A DNA stretch of 64,000 nucleotides from Patellaria atrata CBS 101060 (lineage: Eukaryota): positions 1,013,301 through 1,077,300 of the forward strand of contig MU006093.1 of NCBI GenBank assembly GCA_010093705.1, in the 5' to 3' direction. A program made the translations under genes and the position numbers. Under the pieces are notes generated by a model. The model saw only the letters and a list, made by a program, of their open reading frames with translations, made no database searches and was not told where the DNA came from. This document shows, piece after piece, positions 13,823-27,151 of this stretch. Each line of letters starts with the position of its first letter. Positions within the stretch are counted from its first letter, which is position 1.

Positions 13823-16800
13823 TTATTTGATACCATGTGCCTCCAAGAACCCACTTAAGCTGAAGAAATGCAAGTGTTGATACTGTTTGCGCCAATTTGG
13901 TTTATCGACTGTGTGTACCACGATGAAGCGACGGAAGTTTGTGACTTCACAACACGCCCAGCCGGCAAACCATTCAACCAGGCATTCTGTGGCCTTAGTT
14001 CTGTCTTTTTTCCACATTTCAGGATATGCTGGCCAGAATTCTACACGCTCGGAAACTAGAGACGCGAGTGGACCAGGATTGAGTGGACTCGACTTGACCT
14101 GTAACTGCGGAGGGGCTAACTTCTCAAGTTCTTGATATGTCTCTGCAATGCTTTATCACGGCTGTTAGTGGAAACGGCAACAAGCGCCCTTTTTAGAGAG
14201 TAACGTACATCGGATCTTGTGGCTCTTCAAATATCCTATCAAACATCCAAGGCAAGAGGCCCGGACGACCAGCGAATTTACGATTCTTGAATCCTTGAGC
14301 TTTGAGAGCATCCTCCTTTACGAAATATTTAACGATCCGAAGTGCTTCGGACCGATAGTCTACAAATACATCATCGGTGATGCATATAACTCTGCCATTA
14401 GGAAACAATGATATTAGCTTGTAATTTGGTTGCACCTGTAGGTTCTCCGCGTGAGGATCATATCCTAGCCGGAAGAATTCATACTGTCTGCCAAGGAACC
14501 GGAAGTCCAGTTGTGGTATTGCGGAATACTCCGTAATGTCGGGATGGATCTGGTCAAGGTCAGGAAGCGACAATATCAAGACACATTCTATGACTCACTA
14601 TGATCACACCGGACCTCGTCTTCTTACCAAATTGAGTCCAGGATCCAGGTGCTTGAAGGCGATAGACCACCGCATCCATAGAGAGGAATACACGTGTAAG
14701 GAGATCAAGCTCCACTTCTTGAAATGAAGGGATCATCAGAAAGACATTCTTCTCTAGGGGCTGTGGAGTTGTCCCTTTGAATATCTTCTCGGGGTTAATG
14801 TCAAATATTCTCTGAATGATTGTCTCGCCGTTTGTGGAAGTATCGAGCTCAATTGTCTGACGATTAATTCGATGTGATTGGATAGGTGACCTAACGTAAT
14901 AACGTAGTAATGCCTGCTCTGGGAAGTCGCACACAGAATCAAGATATTTCCGCTTCTCAACGTGTGCTGGATAGATGATCATCGTAAAAGACTTATGAAA
15001 TACTACTGCAGCAGTATTGTGAGTCATTAGAGATTCCGCATACGTTTGGAATATTCGCCGCGACTCCTTAGTCGGCAGGATGTAACCAAATGTCGAGGTC
15101 TCGTCGTCGTCGTATCCATAGGACTCAAAGTCATCGGTTAAACATATGGAGTCGATTATCAACTTTCCAGAAGCACCAATCTCTATCACCAATCGTTCCC
15201 TCGCATCGGGGCTATTGTTCATGAGCATAATGGGTAAATCTGTTGTCCCATTGCCAGTATTGATTGTTAATATCACACCGATGCCAACCTCTTCGAAATC
15301 GATCATTATGTCGTGCTCTCTGGACTGAGCAGGTGGACTCAGAATTCGGCTCCTGCTGTGGACCGCTGAATTGTTTACACTAAGGTGGGGTGCAGGCCAG
15401 TCAAGAGCCTCATCGCTTAGGCATGACCCTCTGACCCCAAAATCAGGATTGAGAAATGGTTTACCGGTTGCCACTTTTTGTCTCTCTAACAGGAGTTTGT
15501 CTTAAAATTGGTTAGTACAGACTGTGTGATTAAATAAGCACAGGGTAAACAGACCTGGATCAGTCCGTGGTTGGAAAATACCCGGGGGATTGGCAACTAA
15601 GTAGCAGTCCTGATGGGCGTATGCGCAAGGACGATTGGCTCTAAAATTAGAGCAATATCCGAATTTCCAGAAGAAACAAGTCACGCTATTTTTGGGTGAA
15701 AAGTTATGCATGAGGTTATAATTGCCAATCTGAGGAGCTCCCGACCCCTTTGTAACTTCTTCAAGCGTATTCGGAGCACGGGATAGCTCAGTAGAAACTT
15801 CAATTGGACCTTTTGCTTTGTCAAGGTTGCCTACGAAGCCAGTGTTCCAATGAGCGTAGGTGCAAGCCGCTGCACTACGGTTACATACCCCGGTGAAGTA
15901 CCAGAAGTAACAAGTGAGTGGCCGGGGTAAGTATTTAGGGATGCTTAATTCCGCCTTACTCTGAGAACCCATTGAACTTGAGTTTTCATTGTGTAAGTAT
16001 CGACATTTTGGGTCTTTACATTTCCCGTAGTACCAGAAGTAGCATGTGAAAGGGATTTTGGAGCTACGTGATATCGGATCGCTGTTCATTGACTCAATGG
16101 GCGAAGGTTCCTCGTTTGGAGGGGTAGGAGTACTATTGTGCGTCGAAAACTGTCTAGATAAAGCTTCGGAGGGATTGAATTGTCCTAAGCTCGTAGTCCC
16201 TTTGAGCTCATCGGTATTCTGCCCTTCGGGGGTCGTTGGCCTGGTACTTGGGCTATCGGTTATAGCTATACCCTTCTTTAAAATGCTACCAGACGTCTTG
16301 GGTTTATCCGGGTATATCAGATCATCAAGATTTGGCGCAGGTTCAGTGCGGCCATATGTCTCGTAGCGCCAGCGCTCTGATAAAGTTGTAAATTTGCGAG
16401 CTTTCTCGTCGTGTCTAACGTTTGGGTTCACCCGCGGTCGCCTGATCTGTTTAGGTTTGAACATATTCGCAAACAATGCTGCGCCTGTCTTCCTCACTAG
16501 AAAATGCATTAGCTCAATTTCAATCGAAATCCAACGGATCCTTTAAACAAATGCATATAGCTTATGTCTGGCCTATGAAACCGCTTGACCGAAAAACGAG
16601 GCATGAACGATGGGAAGGGGAAGTTCTGTGTCCAATCTTACATTTGCCAGGGACTGTTCTTTTGGCCATGTTGACATTCTTTGCTTGATTGGTGCTATCA
16701 GTTCGCTTGATGCTAGATAGATCGGGACGTACTTTTGAAAAACGAAGCTGGTCCGTGTTCAAGCGAGGAAGAGTAGGTTTGGTCATCAAGGTGCTATTGG

Positions 16801-17647
16801 TTGGTTGTTTCTTTAAAGTTGTTGATTTAGATGTCAAAGGGCGAGCTGATGATTCTTCTGACCTGGATTTCTTACGAAGACGTAAGCTTTCCACCCCTTT
16901 TTCTAACGGCGATTTAGTGGGAAAATCATCATCTTCGCCTGATGAAGCTTTTCGGTCACGATACGAACGCTTCCTGTTAGTTGGTACAAGGCCATCCTCA
17001 TCGTCGTCCACAATGAATCCACCTAACGTTGTGTCAAATGTTGTCTTCCGCCTCCTGATGCTTCGTATTGGTACGTCAGGAGAGGATCCTCTAGATGGCC
17101 ACTCATCCTCAAAGTTAGCATCCGGCATTTGTTCGTCTTGGGACTCCCGGATCCACATCCCCTTTTTGAGTCTCTTTCTCATTCTACGAAGGTCGCGACG
17201 CTCTTTCTTTGCTGCTTGCTCATCTTTTTCTCTTTCCCATGCTTCGACGTCGAATTTCTGCTGACCGAAGCGGTCGATTCGCTTCTTCTGTATGAGCCAA
17301 TCTTCCAAAGCAGGTTTACAGCTGTCAAGATGTTCTGTTGGCTCCCATGTACAACTAGAGCGCTGTGAGTAAAACAATATGAGCACAATTGATAGGAGTT
17401 GAAATACTCTTTCAATTCATAACCTTCCCACTGGGCAAATTTTCAGTTAGGAGAAATATAGTTATTTCATGATACTCACCTTGACCAGGAAAAATTGGCT
17501 CCCATCTTGCCCTTCCTTTTCAGCCAGTATACGTTCTACCGGCCATTCATCATCACTTCTATACTCCTCTTCTTCGGTGTAATCCGTAGGCACAGAGTCA
17601 TCGTCGCTGTCGTTGTCAACCGCGCTTCTACGTGGCCAATTCATCAT
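13823..17647 (-). CDS. Chp1-like chromodomain protein with three CCCH zinc fingers; ~7 exons including a 23-nt microexon at 17408-17430 (introns 17431-17479, 17355-17407, ~16498-16641, ~15487-15554, 14550-14598, ~14151-14208)
   Basis: The spliced chromodomain reads EWPVERILAEK...FFLVK|WEGYELKD|CTWEPTEHL. The CCCH motifs are TCYFWYYGKCKDPKCRYLH, TCYFWYFTGVCNRSAAACTYAH and TCFFWKFGYCSNFRANRPCAYAH. C-terminal blocks (IIYPA, VFLMIP, PGSW, LFPNG.VI.ITDD, LVEWFAGW..FRRFIVV) resemble fungal proteins annotated Chp1p. Confidence 0.8.
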
Positions 17648-17870
17648 TCTAATTGATCCAAGATTTAGTTAATGAACACAAGCATTAATATGAAAGCTCA
17701 TTCTAGGAATTGAGTTAAGATTCAAAAGTAACTGCAAGGAGTGCAGGCGAGTTTCTGCGGTTAAATTCTGGTAGTGTTGCTGCAAGCTACTTTTACGCGT
17801 GCATGCAATTGAGTTATGTGTGACTCCTATAGTAATCTATGGGAAGCTCCATTGCAAAGCTTGAACCGTT

Positions 17871-17898
17871 ATACGTGATACGTGATACGTGATACGTG
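17871..17898. repeat. Tandem repeat (ATACGTG)x4 in the divergent chromodomain-gene/Rab11 intergenic region
   Basis: The sequence atacgtg atacgtg atacgtg atacgtg is read directly. Confidence 0.9.
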
Positions 17899-18257
17899 AC
17901 ATGTGTTTTTGTTGATGTTGATTTTTTTGAGGTAGAGTCGATACTTGCAGCTGTAGCTACGGCAATAAAGTTATTCTGCAAGGTACGGAGCTTTCCGGTG
18001 GTCACCGCTTGAGCAGGGGCTCGACCGCCCAGCACGAGGGATCCCACGTCTCATCAACGCCGCTCTTAACTTTCAACTCCCATAAGAACTCAGGCAGCTA
18101 AAAACTTACCGTAACACTCTCTTCTCTTTGCGCATCGCGCTTACTTGCTTTATCTTGCCGCTTCACAAACCTCTTAACTTCTACCCTTTCAAATTCAACT
18201 GCTGGGCTTGGCGGACATTTCTTCTTATAGGCCCCAGGCTCAAACTACTCCTCAAAA

Positions 18258-19141
<884 letters not shown>

Positions 19142-19924
19142 AACGCGAACGGACATAATTGAAATCTCATGTTAGTATGGTATGCTTTCTGGGCTCAGCG
19201 GCGTCCTTGCAACGGTTCTACTTTCTCTTTGTGAACTTTCATCTGTTTCTGGCCTGGGGCGTCTGACCTTCGAGATGTTGGTACCATTCCCTTTTCTGCA
19301 GGATCCGATGGTTCTGCAGGATTATATAACGTTTGAATGCTCTTGGTATTGATTGGTCTTCTATCACACCACTAACAAGACCGCTTAATGGAGATTTACA
19401 ATGCACAGAAGCGTTGGACAATTATCTCTGGTGACGGGCTTGAAAATTTCATAAAACCCTTTCCAATTCCCTTCCCTTTCCTTCTCCCTTCTTCCTCGCA
19501 AGAGCTCTATGAAATCTTTTCACGAGAAGGTACGAGCTAAACCTAGGGATAGTATTGAAATCTTTGAAACCTAGGTACACAATCTTCTAGGAGTGGTCCA
19601 ACAATCATTGGATAAGATATTGGCTTGCGTGTACAGTACAATCGCCCCATTATGTTACACTTAGGGATCCCGTCACAACAGGCGGTTCACAGATTGTAAA
19701 ATTAATCCAAAGGGGGATTTCAGGATCAGTTGATTTTGACAAGAACAGCCCAGCGGACCCAGACATTCTCTATTGTAGAACTTAATAGGACATGTATTGA
19801 CAGGAATTGAACAGTTAATCTATGGTACGGATGAATGAGTATCCTATATGCTTCCTAACAGCAGCCCGCCGTACCCTTCATCCAATTACGCCACTAACCA
19901 TACAGAGTATGTTCCTACCTTACA

Positions 19925-22754
19925 TCATATATCATCAAGGTCGTCTTCCACGGCGAACTTCTTTTTGCCATTGCTGTTTAAAGTGTCTAAGCTGATTGCA
20001 TCATCGTCCCTTTGCCGATTCGACATCGCTATCGCTTGTCGTCCAGTATCAGACGACTCTAGGAATTCGCGGAGACGTTCCTTTCCGACTTCAACAGCCT
20101 GCTGACTAGCGGCATTTGCCATGCGGGCCATCGGACCCCAAAGGTTCAACGTGTAGGTGACATACGCTCCCACGGCCAGGAGTATTAAGAATATGAAATA
20201 GACGGGATTTCGAAGAACTGCAGGAAAATGGTTAGTTTGAATGAAAGTATATGATGTTTAAGTGACTTACCAGCCATAATCTCATTCCAGCCCAGTGCAA
20301 GTAACAAACCATAGAAATACAGCGGGACTTGGACAATACCTCCAATTGCGCCTCGTTTTGCCTCGACATAGACTCCATCTGCTGTCTTTTTGAATCTTAC
20401 AATAAGATCTTGCTGTTTGGTATCACCGAGTATTGTCATCTCTTCTTCTAGGCTCTTCCCCTCATCCTCATCAACTCCACCAATAGGGGCAAGATCTTCC
20501 TCGTCTGCAGGTGATACCGATGGTGGTGGACTGCCTACCCATGCGTCCAATGGCGGTGGAGCGGATGTTCGGGACAGTTTAAATCTTGAGAGGAGTGGAA
20601 TAAGTCGGAGAGTGTGTTCGCGTGCTTTGGTGTATACACTTTCAATATCATCAGTCGGCCTCCATATCCGCGGTACTCCTTGTTCATCGTAGCGGAATCT
20701 ATCCTCAAAATTTTCACGAAGCTTCAGGAGTATGTTTCCCTCCATGACCTCTTCGTCAACCTTTGATCGAAGTACGCCCCAAGATTTCCGTCTTAAGCGC
20801 CAGAGACCAACTTCTACCTCTTCGGGGCTGGCATCAAAGCTGGCGGCTCGCTCCGTGAATCTACTTTCCGCTTCTTGGACTGTCTCAGTGAATACGGTCC
20901 ATATCCTATCCCAAAGTTCTTTCTCTGAGGGTGGTTTGTCTCCATGTTCAGGTGCGCCAGAGCCTGCTCGACCAGATCCAAGTTTATTGAATTCCAACCC
21001 GATTGATTCGTCAAGCCGAGATTTGACCCATCGTTCAACTCTAGTCGCTAAGCGACGCATTTCATCCTTACGGAGGCGCGAGCTCACTTCATCTAGCTCT
21101 TTTCTATATAGATTAAGAGGTTGCTTGTAGTCGCTCCAATTAGCTCCCGTTACAGCGATAGCTTGTGCCTGGCTCTCGAATTTCTCCAACGCTTTTTTTT
21201 TCTCAGACTCTACGATTTGAGCGAAATCGTAGTGTGAGCCTTTCTTCTGCCCTGCCTTGACTGCCGAGCTGACGGCATCGGTGAACTCAGCAACACCAGT
21301 TTTGTGAGCAGCGCTAAATTGGCCCTGGGATAACGCTTTGAGCCGCACATCAACCTTGCCTTCGAGCTCGGCTTTCTTACGGCTGAAAACTCCTTTATGA
21401 TATCTGCTGGCCTCGGTTTCGAAATCTCTCAACACGGTTGCACGTGCTGAATTCATCTTCTCCCCAAGTCCGAGAATGACTCTGGGTTGTCCTAGACGAA
21501 CGCCCTCGGCTTGGGTTTCTTCAAGTGGGGTGATAGTCTCATCGAACGCTACTAACGCTTCTCTCGAGATTTCATCACATCGGAACTGCGCTAATAACTC
21601 CTGTTGCGTGGGCAAGTCAAGATCTTTATTATGAACGATTTGGTCCCATACTCCAGCAGCATAAACCGCAAATCCATCTGCAGGTATCCGTCGGTGATAT
21701 TCGGGGAGGAATACCGGCAGAGTGTCTTCGTCAAGAAGACCCGCAGATTTAGGATCCTTATAACCCTCTCTAAATTTTGTACTTAATTTCTCGATCTCGT
21801 CAACGAACTTTTCCGGCATTAGGATTTTGTGAGGGAGGGCGACGAATGCAAAATCGAAGTAATCTTCAATCCTTGAATTCTCCAAGCCTTTCGGTTTGGA
21901 TAACGTGGACCAAATCCGGGACAGATCTTGCAACAAGGTATTACGAAGGTTCGAAAGGGGAGTGGTACCAATGTGGTCTCGAATGACGAAGAACAACAGA
22001 GATCTAGGGATTGTCCTAGCCAGGAGATTAGTTTCATTTCACACACAAGTCTAGTGCTTGGAAGACATACTTGCTATCCTTTATAAAAAGTTGCAGGTTT
22101 ACTTCAAAAACGGTTTTCAACAAACCCATATTTGCTCCCTGATACAAACCAACCTGGTGTTCCCAAATATTGACAATCAGAACCTCACTTGTGGCCAGGG
22201 CAAATAGAGCGCTCTTTCTCTCAAAGTCCTGGTCTTCGCCTCGTTCTCTACCATCTGTACCCTCTACATCCATGACAAGAATGTTCTCTGCCATACCTTT
22301 GCCGTCCGGACTTGACGTATCTCGTTTATTCTTAGACATCCAGATACCCTTCGTAGTCTGCCTCCGCTCTTGCTCTGACATGACGCCGAACTCAGTCTTG
22401 AAGAGATGATTTAGTAAAGTAGATTTTCCTGTCGACTGGGACCCGAAAACGGAGATCAGGTGGTAATTAAATCCAGCGGGTATGACTTTCTCGAGGCTAA
22501 GGTATGTAGAAAGATCTGAGCTATGATGCCATGTCCATTAGCAATAGGACTAAGATCCCCGATCGCATTGGTATGAGTACTGACTTAAACTCTTTATTCT
22601 CATCGATTACCTGTATACCTCGAGTGTATTGTTCTCTAGTAGGCTTTTCGCCTACGGAGGCGAAATGGTCGTTCATCATTAGGGAGGGAGCTGTTGGATT
22701 TTTGTTCAAACTAGGTCGTTGCGCGCCACCGTTGGCCTGCAAAGTGGACGCCAT
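19925..22754 (-). CDS. SEY1: Sey1/RHD3 atlastin-like GTPase (ER membrane fusion); introns 22521-22584, 22016-22070, 20218-20270
   Basis: [49 protein letters not shown] and [15 protein letters not shown]. The C-terminal membrane hairpin reads [15 protein letters not shown]. Confidence 0.97.
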
Positions 22755-23321
22755 TATAGGTGGTGAGGCAAGTAGGTACTAATGTAGGAAATATCAACAC
22801 GGGAAATAGGGGACATTGAGGTACTGTAGTCTTGTCGGGTAGGTTGGTGACGAAACAACAGTGCAACTTTTGTATCACTCCCGTCGGGTCGGGAGGCGTC
22901 CCTCGAACGCTGGCCCGTGTACCTTGATTGGCTAAGCTAACTACGGTAGACTAGTTCTACTACTATTCAAAGATATTGCGATAATGGAGGGAGTGGTCCG
23001 CCGTACCTTAGAACTACCTTAACACCGGGCTGTCTTTTCAAAATTCTGATCACCCGACATCCGATGTCTCTCTATGTTTTACATCTTCATGTGTCTAACG
23101 CGGCAAATCTTCTAGAAATATAATATGAAGAGCTTCAAAGGGGAGTAGATTTGGTGCGTTCAAAATTGTCTCGAACTATCAACTGTCAAGTGACTCCGAA
23201 TCCATCAACATCATTCTCTTGTGACCTTGTCATAGGCCTCCTACTTTACAGTTCGTCCGTAAAGATAGAAGGGAAATGGTATCATCTTGACTCTTAGTAC
23301 TACGAAGGGCTGCCTCTACGC

Positions 23322-25083
23322 TTAAACAAAGGGGCTCACAGGGTGAGCCGTAACCTCCACCTCTCCGCTCACTTCTCCCCTCTTATCTTTCAAAAAGACC
23401 TGATAGTTCCCCTTATTCCACAGATCTTTGATCGTGATCTCTCTAGTCCGTGCCAGGCTTTCCAGCTCGTCAAGACGCTTGAGGGTTGCTTGTAGGTGCG
23501 CTTCAAACCCTTCCGCACCACATATTTCTCGGAACGCTATTTGCATCGGCACAGAATCTGCCCTAACCTTCGCATACGAATCAATAGCAAAGATATTGAT
23601 GTGATCGAGCTTCTGCATAAAATCCGCTCGCGTCATGATTTGCCGCGCTTCATGGAGTGGAATTTCAGGGAGGATATGCTCTTGGTCAGTGCCGTTTAGG
23701 TCCTTTTCTCTCTCCACTAGCGCTTTGGCAAGAACCATTGCGGCAGCCTGTAGGGAAGGAGTTAGCTTTGAGGTAGGGGGGTAGATTAAATTATGATTGC
23801 AAAGGGTACTTACGCAGTATTTTTGGTGATCTTCCACGTCGTCATCCATCTCTTTTCCGAAAATCCAGCATTGGTTCAGCAACCAAGTTTTCTCTCTTTC
23901 ACATATACTTTTACAAGCCTCGAGCATATCGTCTGATCTAGCAACCTGACTTAGAAATATGAGCCGGCCTCCAACCCGGTTATATACCGCGTCAAGAACG
24001 CTAGTTGGGACGTTCTCGTTATGATATTGTCTTCGATATGCGGCCAACGATTCAACCGCTAGATCCTTAGGAATATCTGGTATGTGATGGACGTACATGT
24101 TGGTCGCACGGGGGCGAAGTCTCTCAAATGTCCAATACTCGTCGCTCGTGAGAACCATTGTTACCAGTTCCTTCGCAGCCCATATTTCAGCACGTTGCTG
24201 CAGAAGCTCTAATAGATCTGTACCTTCAACATCATCTCGAAAGAGATGGATATTGTTGATTATAAGTACTAAGGGTCGTCCACGACTTTTACGTAACTTA
24301 AGCGCAACCTTCTCCAACTTGTTAAGTGCTCGTTCAATGTCCAGCAACGCCGTCGTGTCTCTTGGGCCTTTGATGCTAAAGAGACTTCCAACATAATCCT
24401 CATGGAACTCGTAGTCGATGGCCTTTCCTAGTCGTGTGCGAAAGACTTCGACATCGTCATGGGCCTCAAGCATAGCTATGCCATCTCCGTGAACCTTCCT
24501 CATCCCCTCAAGCAACAGAGAGGTCTTCCCGGTACCCTTTTCGCCCACAATGAGATGGTATCTCCCACGACTGCTCCCATCAAGAATAGCATCTATGAGT
24601 GGTTGCTGAACGCGTGGTATCCAATATTCCCTAGCCAAGATCTCCTCGACGGCACTGGGATGTGTACCGTATGCAACTCTACCCAGAGCGACCAGCTCGT
24701 TCGAGCTGTAACCCGGCGAGAATGCATTTTCGATTTTGTCCAATACCAATTGCTTGTAGTAGCTATTGTAAAGGAACCCTCCTAAACCGAGACCCAGCAA
24801 CGATGTGATTGTGACACCACTTCCCTCGCCTACTTTCCAGAAGAAGCTGCCCCATGTATTCTCCTTGCTTTTATCATCATCTTTACTACTTTCGGCGGTA
24901 CTGCCCGTTTGAATTGCTAGTATGGGATACGGCCTTTTTCTGCTACGAGTGCGGCCAGGAGTCCTTTCGAGAAGAACGAGAAGCTGTCCTTGACTAGGTT
25001 AGTTAACGACGTATACGGAGAGCATACATTCCAGGTCATACGGAGTACTAACCAGGTCTAGCTCTCTGATACATGCGCGGCAT
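23322..25083 (-). CDS. Conserved fungal membrane-anchored P-loop (AAA-like) ATPase; start codon tentative, introns ~24989-25052 and 23748-23813
   Basis: A TM segment (SLLGLGLGGFLY), Walker A (GEKGTGKT), a Walker B-like LVLIINN and conserved YEFHEDYVGSLFS and DIERALNKLEKVA. The frame stays open upstream of 24800 as far as a splice acceptor. Confidence 0.8.
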
Positions 25084-26036
25084 TCCCAGCCACAGAGACC
25101 TTTTCGAGGAATTGCTTGTAAATGAGACGCTGTATCAAGCAATTCATCGCATCAAGGACAGTAGTTAAGGCTGAGCATGCGACGCTTCGCGTAAATTAAC
25201 TTACTCGCGGATCATACTACTGAGAAGAAAACTAATTTTAGAGTCGGGATAGCTACTGGACCACTTTAGAGTTCAATAATATGATCTCAAATTCCACACG
25301 GATTGTTAAAGATATCCTGAGGCCGAATTCATAGCAGCACAGTGTAGTACTATACTATACTTTGTACAGAAGTACAGTACCACATTAAAATTCGTCACAC
25401 ACCATCAGTTGGATTTCGAAAAGCCGAGTTAGGAATATTCAGCCCCCAAATACTGTACTCTTTATATTCGGGGATCGTCAAGGATTGAAATGAGTCCCCC
25501 GTATTTCAACCTACAGGACGGAGTACGGAGGTACAGTACTGAGTATCTTACGCTCAAATGTGTTGTTACTGGGCCTCTATTCCAACCCCCCCAGTAGAGC
25601 TATCCGTCCAACGCCGATTTATGCGGCTTGTCAACGTTTTGGCCTCTAGATGCCAATGCACTAAAATCCTCCATCAGCGAGGCTGAACAACATGGCTCAA
25701 GTGTGAAATGCAGCGTGTTCCTTCTTTCTACCTCTATAATGTCTCTTGAATCTCCTCTTGGTCAACTTTAACATACCCTTCACCAGCTTGAGCTTTGTTA
25801 TTAGGTCAATTGATACCCGACTCCCCTACATTACCCTTGTCCTTCTTGTCTCTTCCCGAAGCGGTAGTTACTCGGAGGAGCAAGAAGCTATAGATTAGAG
25901 CAATAGATGCTCTATCACCACCTATTACAATCTTATAACCATATCTAATTGATTAATTTCTTTTTTAAAAACCCTTCGACTGCGCGCTTTCTGCGCTGAG
26001 TTCCTATGTCATAACTGAAGACATCAGTTAGATTTG

Positions 26037-26985
26037 ATGTCTACAGTCCGCTCAAGAGGACATAAATCACCTTTCTCTCCAGGAAAAAGATATCAAGCAC
26101 AGGATCCATCCCCAAAAATGACGCTGAGAGGCTCTTATACAGCATTTCCTATCGAACTCCGCATTGCTTTCGTTGCTTTTTCTAAATTCGTCACCGGAGT
26201 CATGTTTGCATGGGGATACTGGAAGGTATCTCCGTCGAGTTGGTATGTCAATCATTTTCATATTGTGCACTTCTCCCACCAAACTTTCATTTTTCGACCT
26301 CTGTACGCTCGACGAACAACTGCTGCCAGGTAGTTGACCCAGCAGTATCAGCCAATCCCTATGGTCCCTACTGTCAAGCCGTATGTAGGCTTGTGGGTGC
26401 CCCGTATGGGTTCTGCATAGCAATACAGCAGATTCGAATACTTTTCCTTTTTTTTTTCCAGAATGAGCGTACGGTAGGCGATTAGCGCTGTAACAGAGGA
26501 AAGGGAATCTACCTTATGTACCTAATACTGATTCATCTAGGCTCCTTCCTGCATCTCTACTTCACACACTTCAATCTCTCTTTTCTCCCGCTCTAATACA
26601 CCTTGACCGACTGACGCCCGAGTTTTACCTGGCGGAGCAGTTGTTCGACGCAATACTGCTTCTGGTTATCTCTATACCAGTAACCGTTGACTTGGCTCGG
26701 TTTGCCCAGCACGAGCAAAGGGAGGGGAATGGGCGAGATGCCCTAACGTTAAGGGGCCAAGCAGCCATCTTGATATTTGGTGTGATTGTCGTTGCTATTC
26801 TCGGTGTGGGTTTGGGAAGTTGGTGGGTTGAGACTGTCAAGAAGAGGAAGGAGGATTGGGTGAGGAATCGTGGAATCGAAGGAAGGGTAGAACAGAAGCA
26901 GAGACTTTCAGTCCAAGACGAAGAGAGCGAACTGCACGATGGAACGAAAGAGCAGATCACACAAGCACTCGAACAATGCACTTAG
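26037..26985 (+). CDS. Hypothetical small multi-pass membrane protein; probable exons 26037-26242 and 26541-26985
   Basis: A GTATGT donor at 26243 and a CTAAT..CTAG acceptor at 26540 join in frame (SPSSW|LLPASLL...). There are hydrophobic segments FVAFSKFVTGVMFAWG, LFDAILLLVISIPV and AAILIFGVIVVAILGVGLG. Confidence 0.6.
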
Positions 26986-27151
26986 CGCAATATTCCATAT
27001 TTATCTGTACTTTACATACGGTCCGAACCAAGAGAGTAAACATAATCCATACCGAGCATCCTTTAGTCAAAGCGGGTTCGGATATACTGAAACTCTGAAT
27101 CCAGCTTATTAATCTCTTCAATCCTCCTCCGATTATTCTCAATTCGCTGGA

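Noticed and set aside
16689..17264. Long antisense ORFs (also 20732-21130, 28269-28634, 45462-46046, 49509-49955)
   Set aside because: These are shadows of genuine coding exons on the opposite strand.
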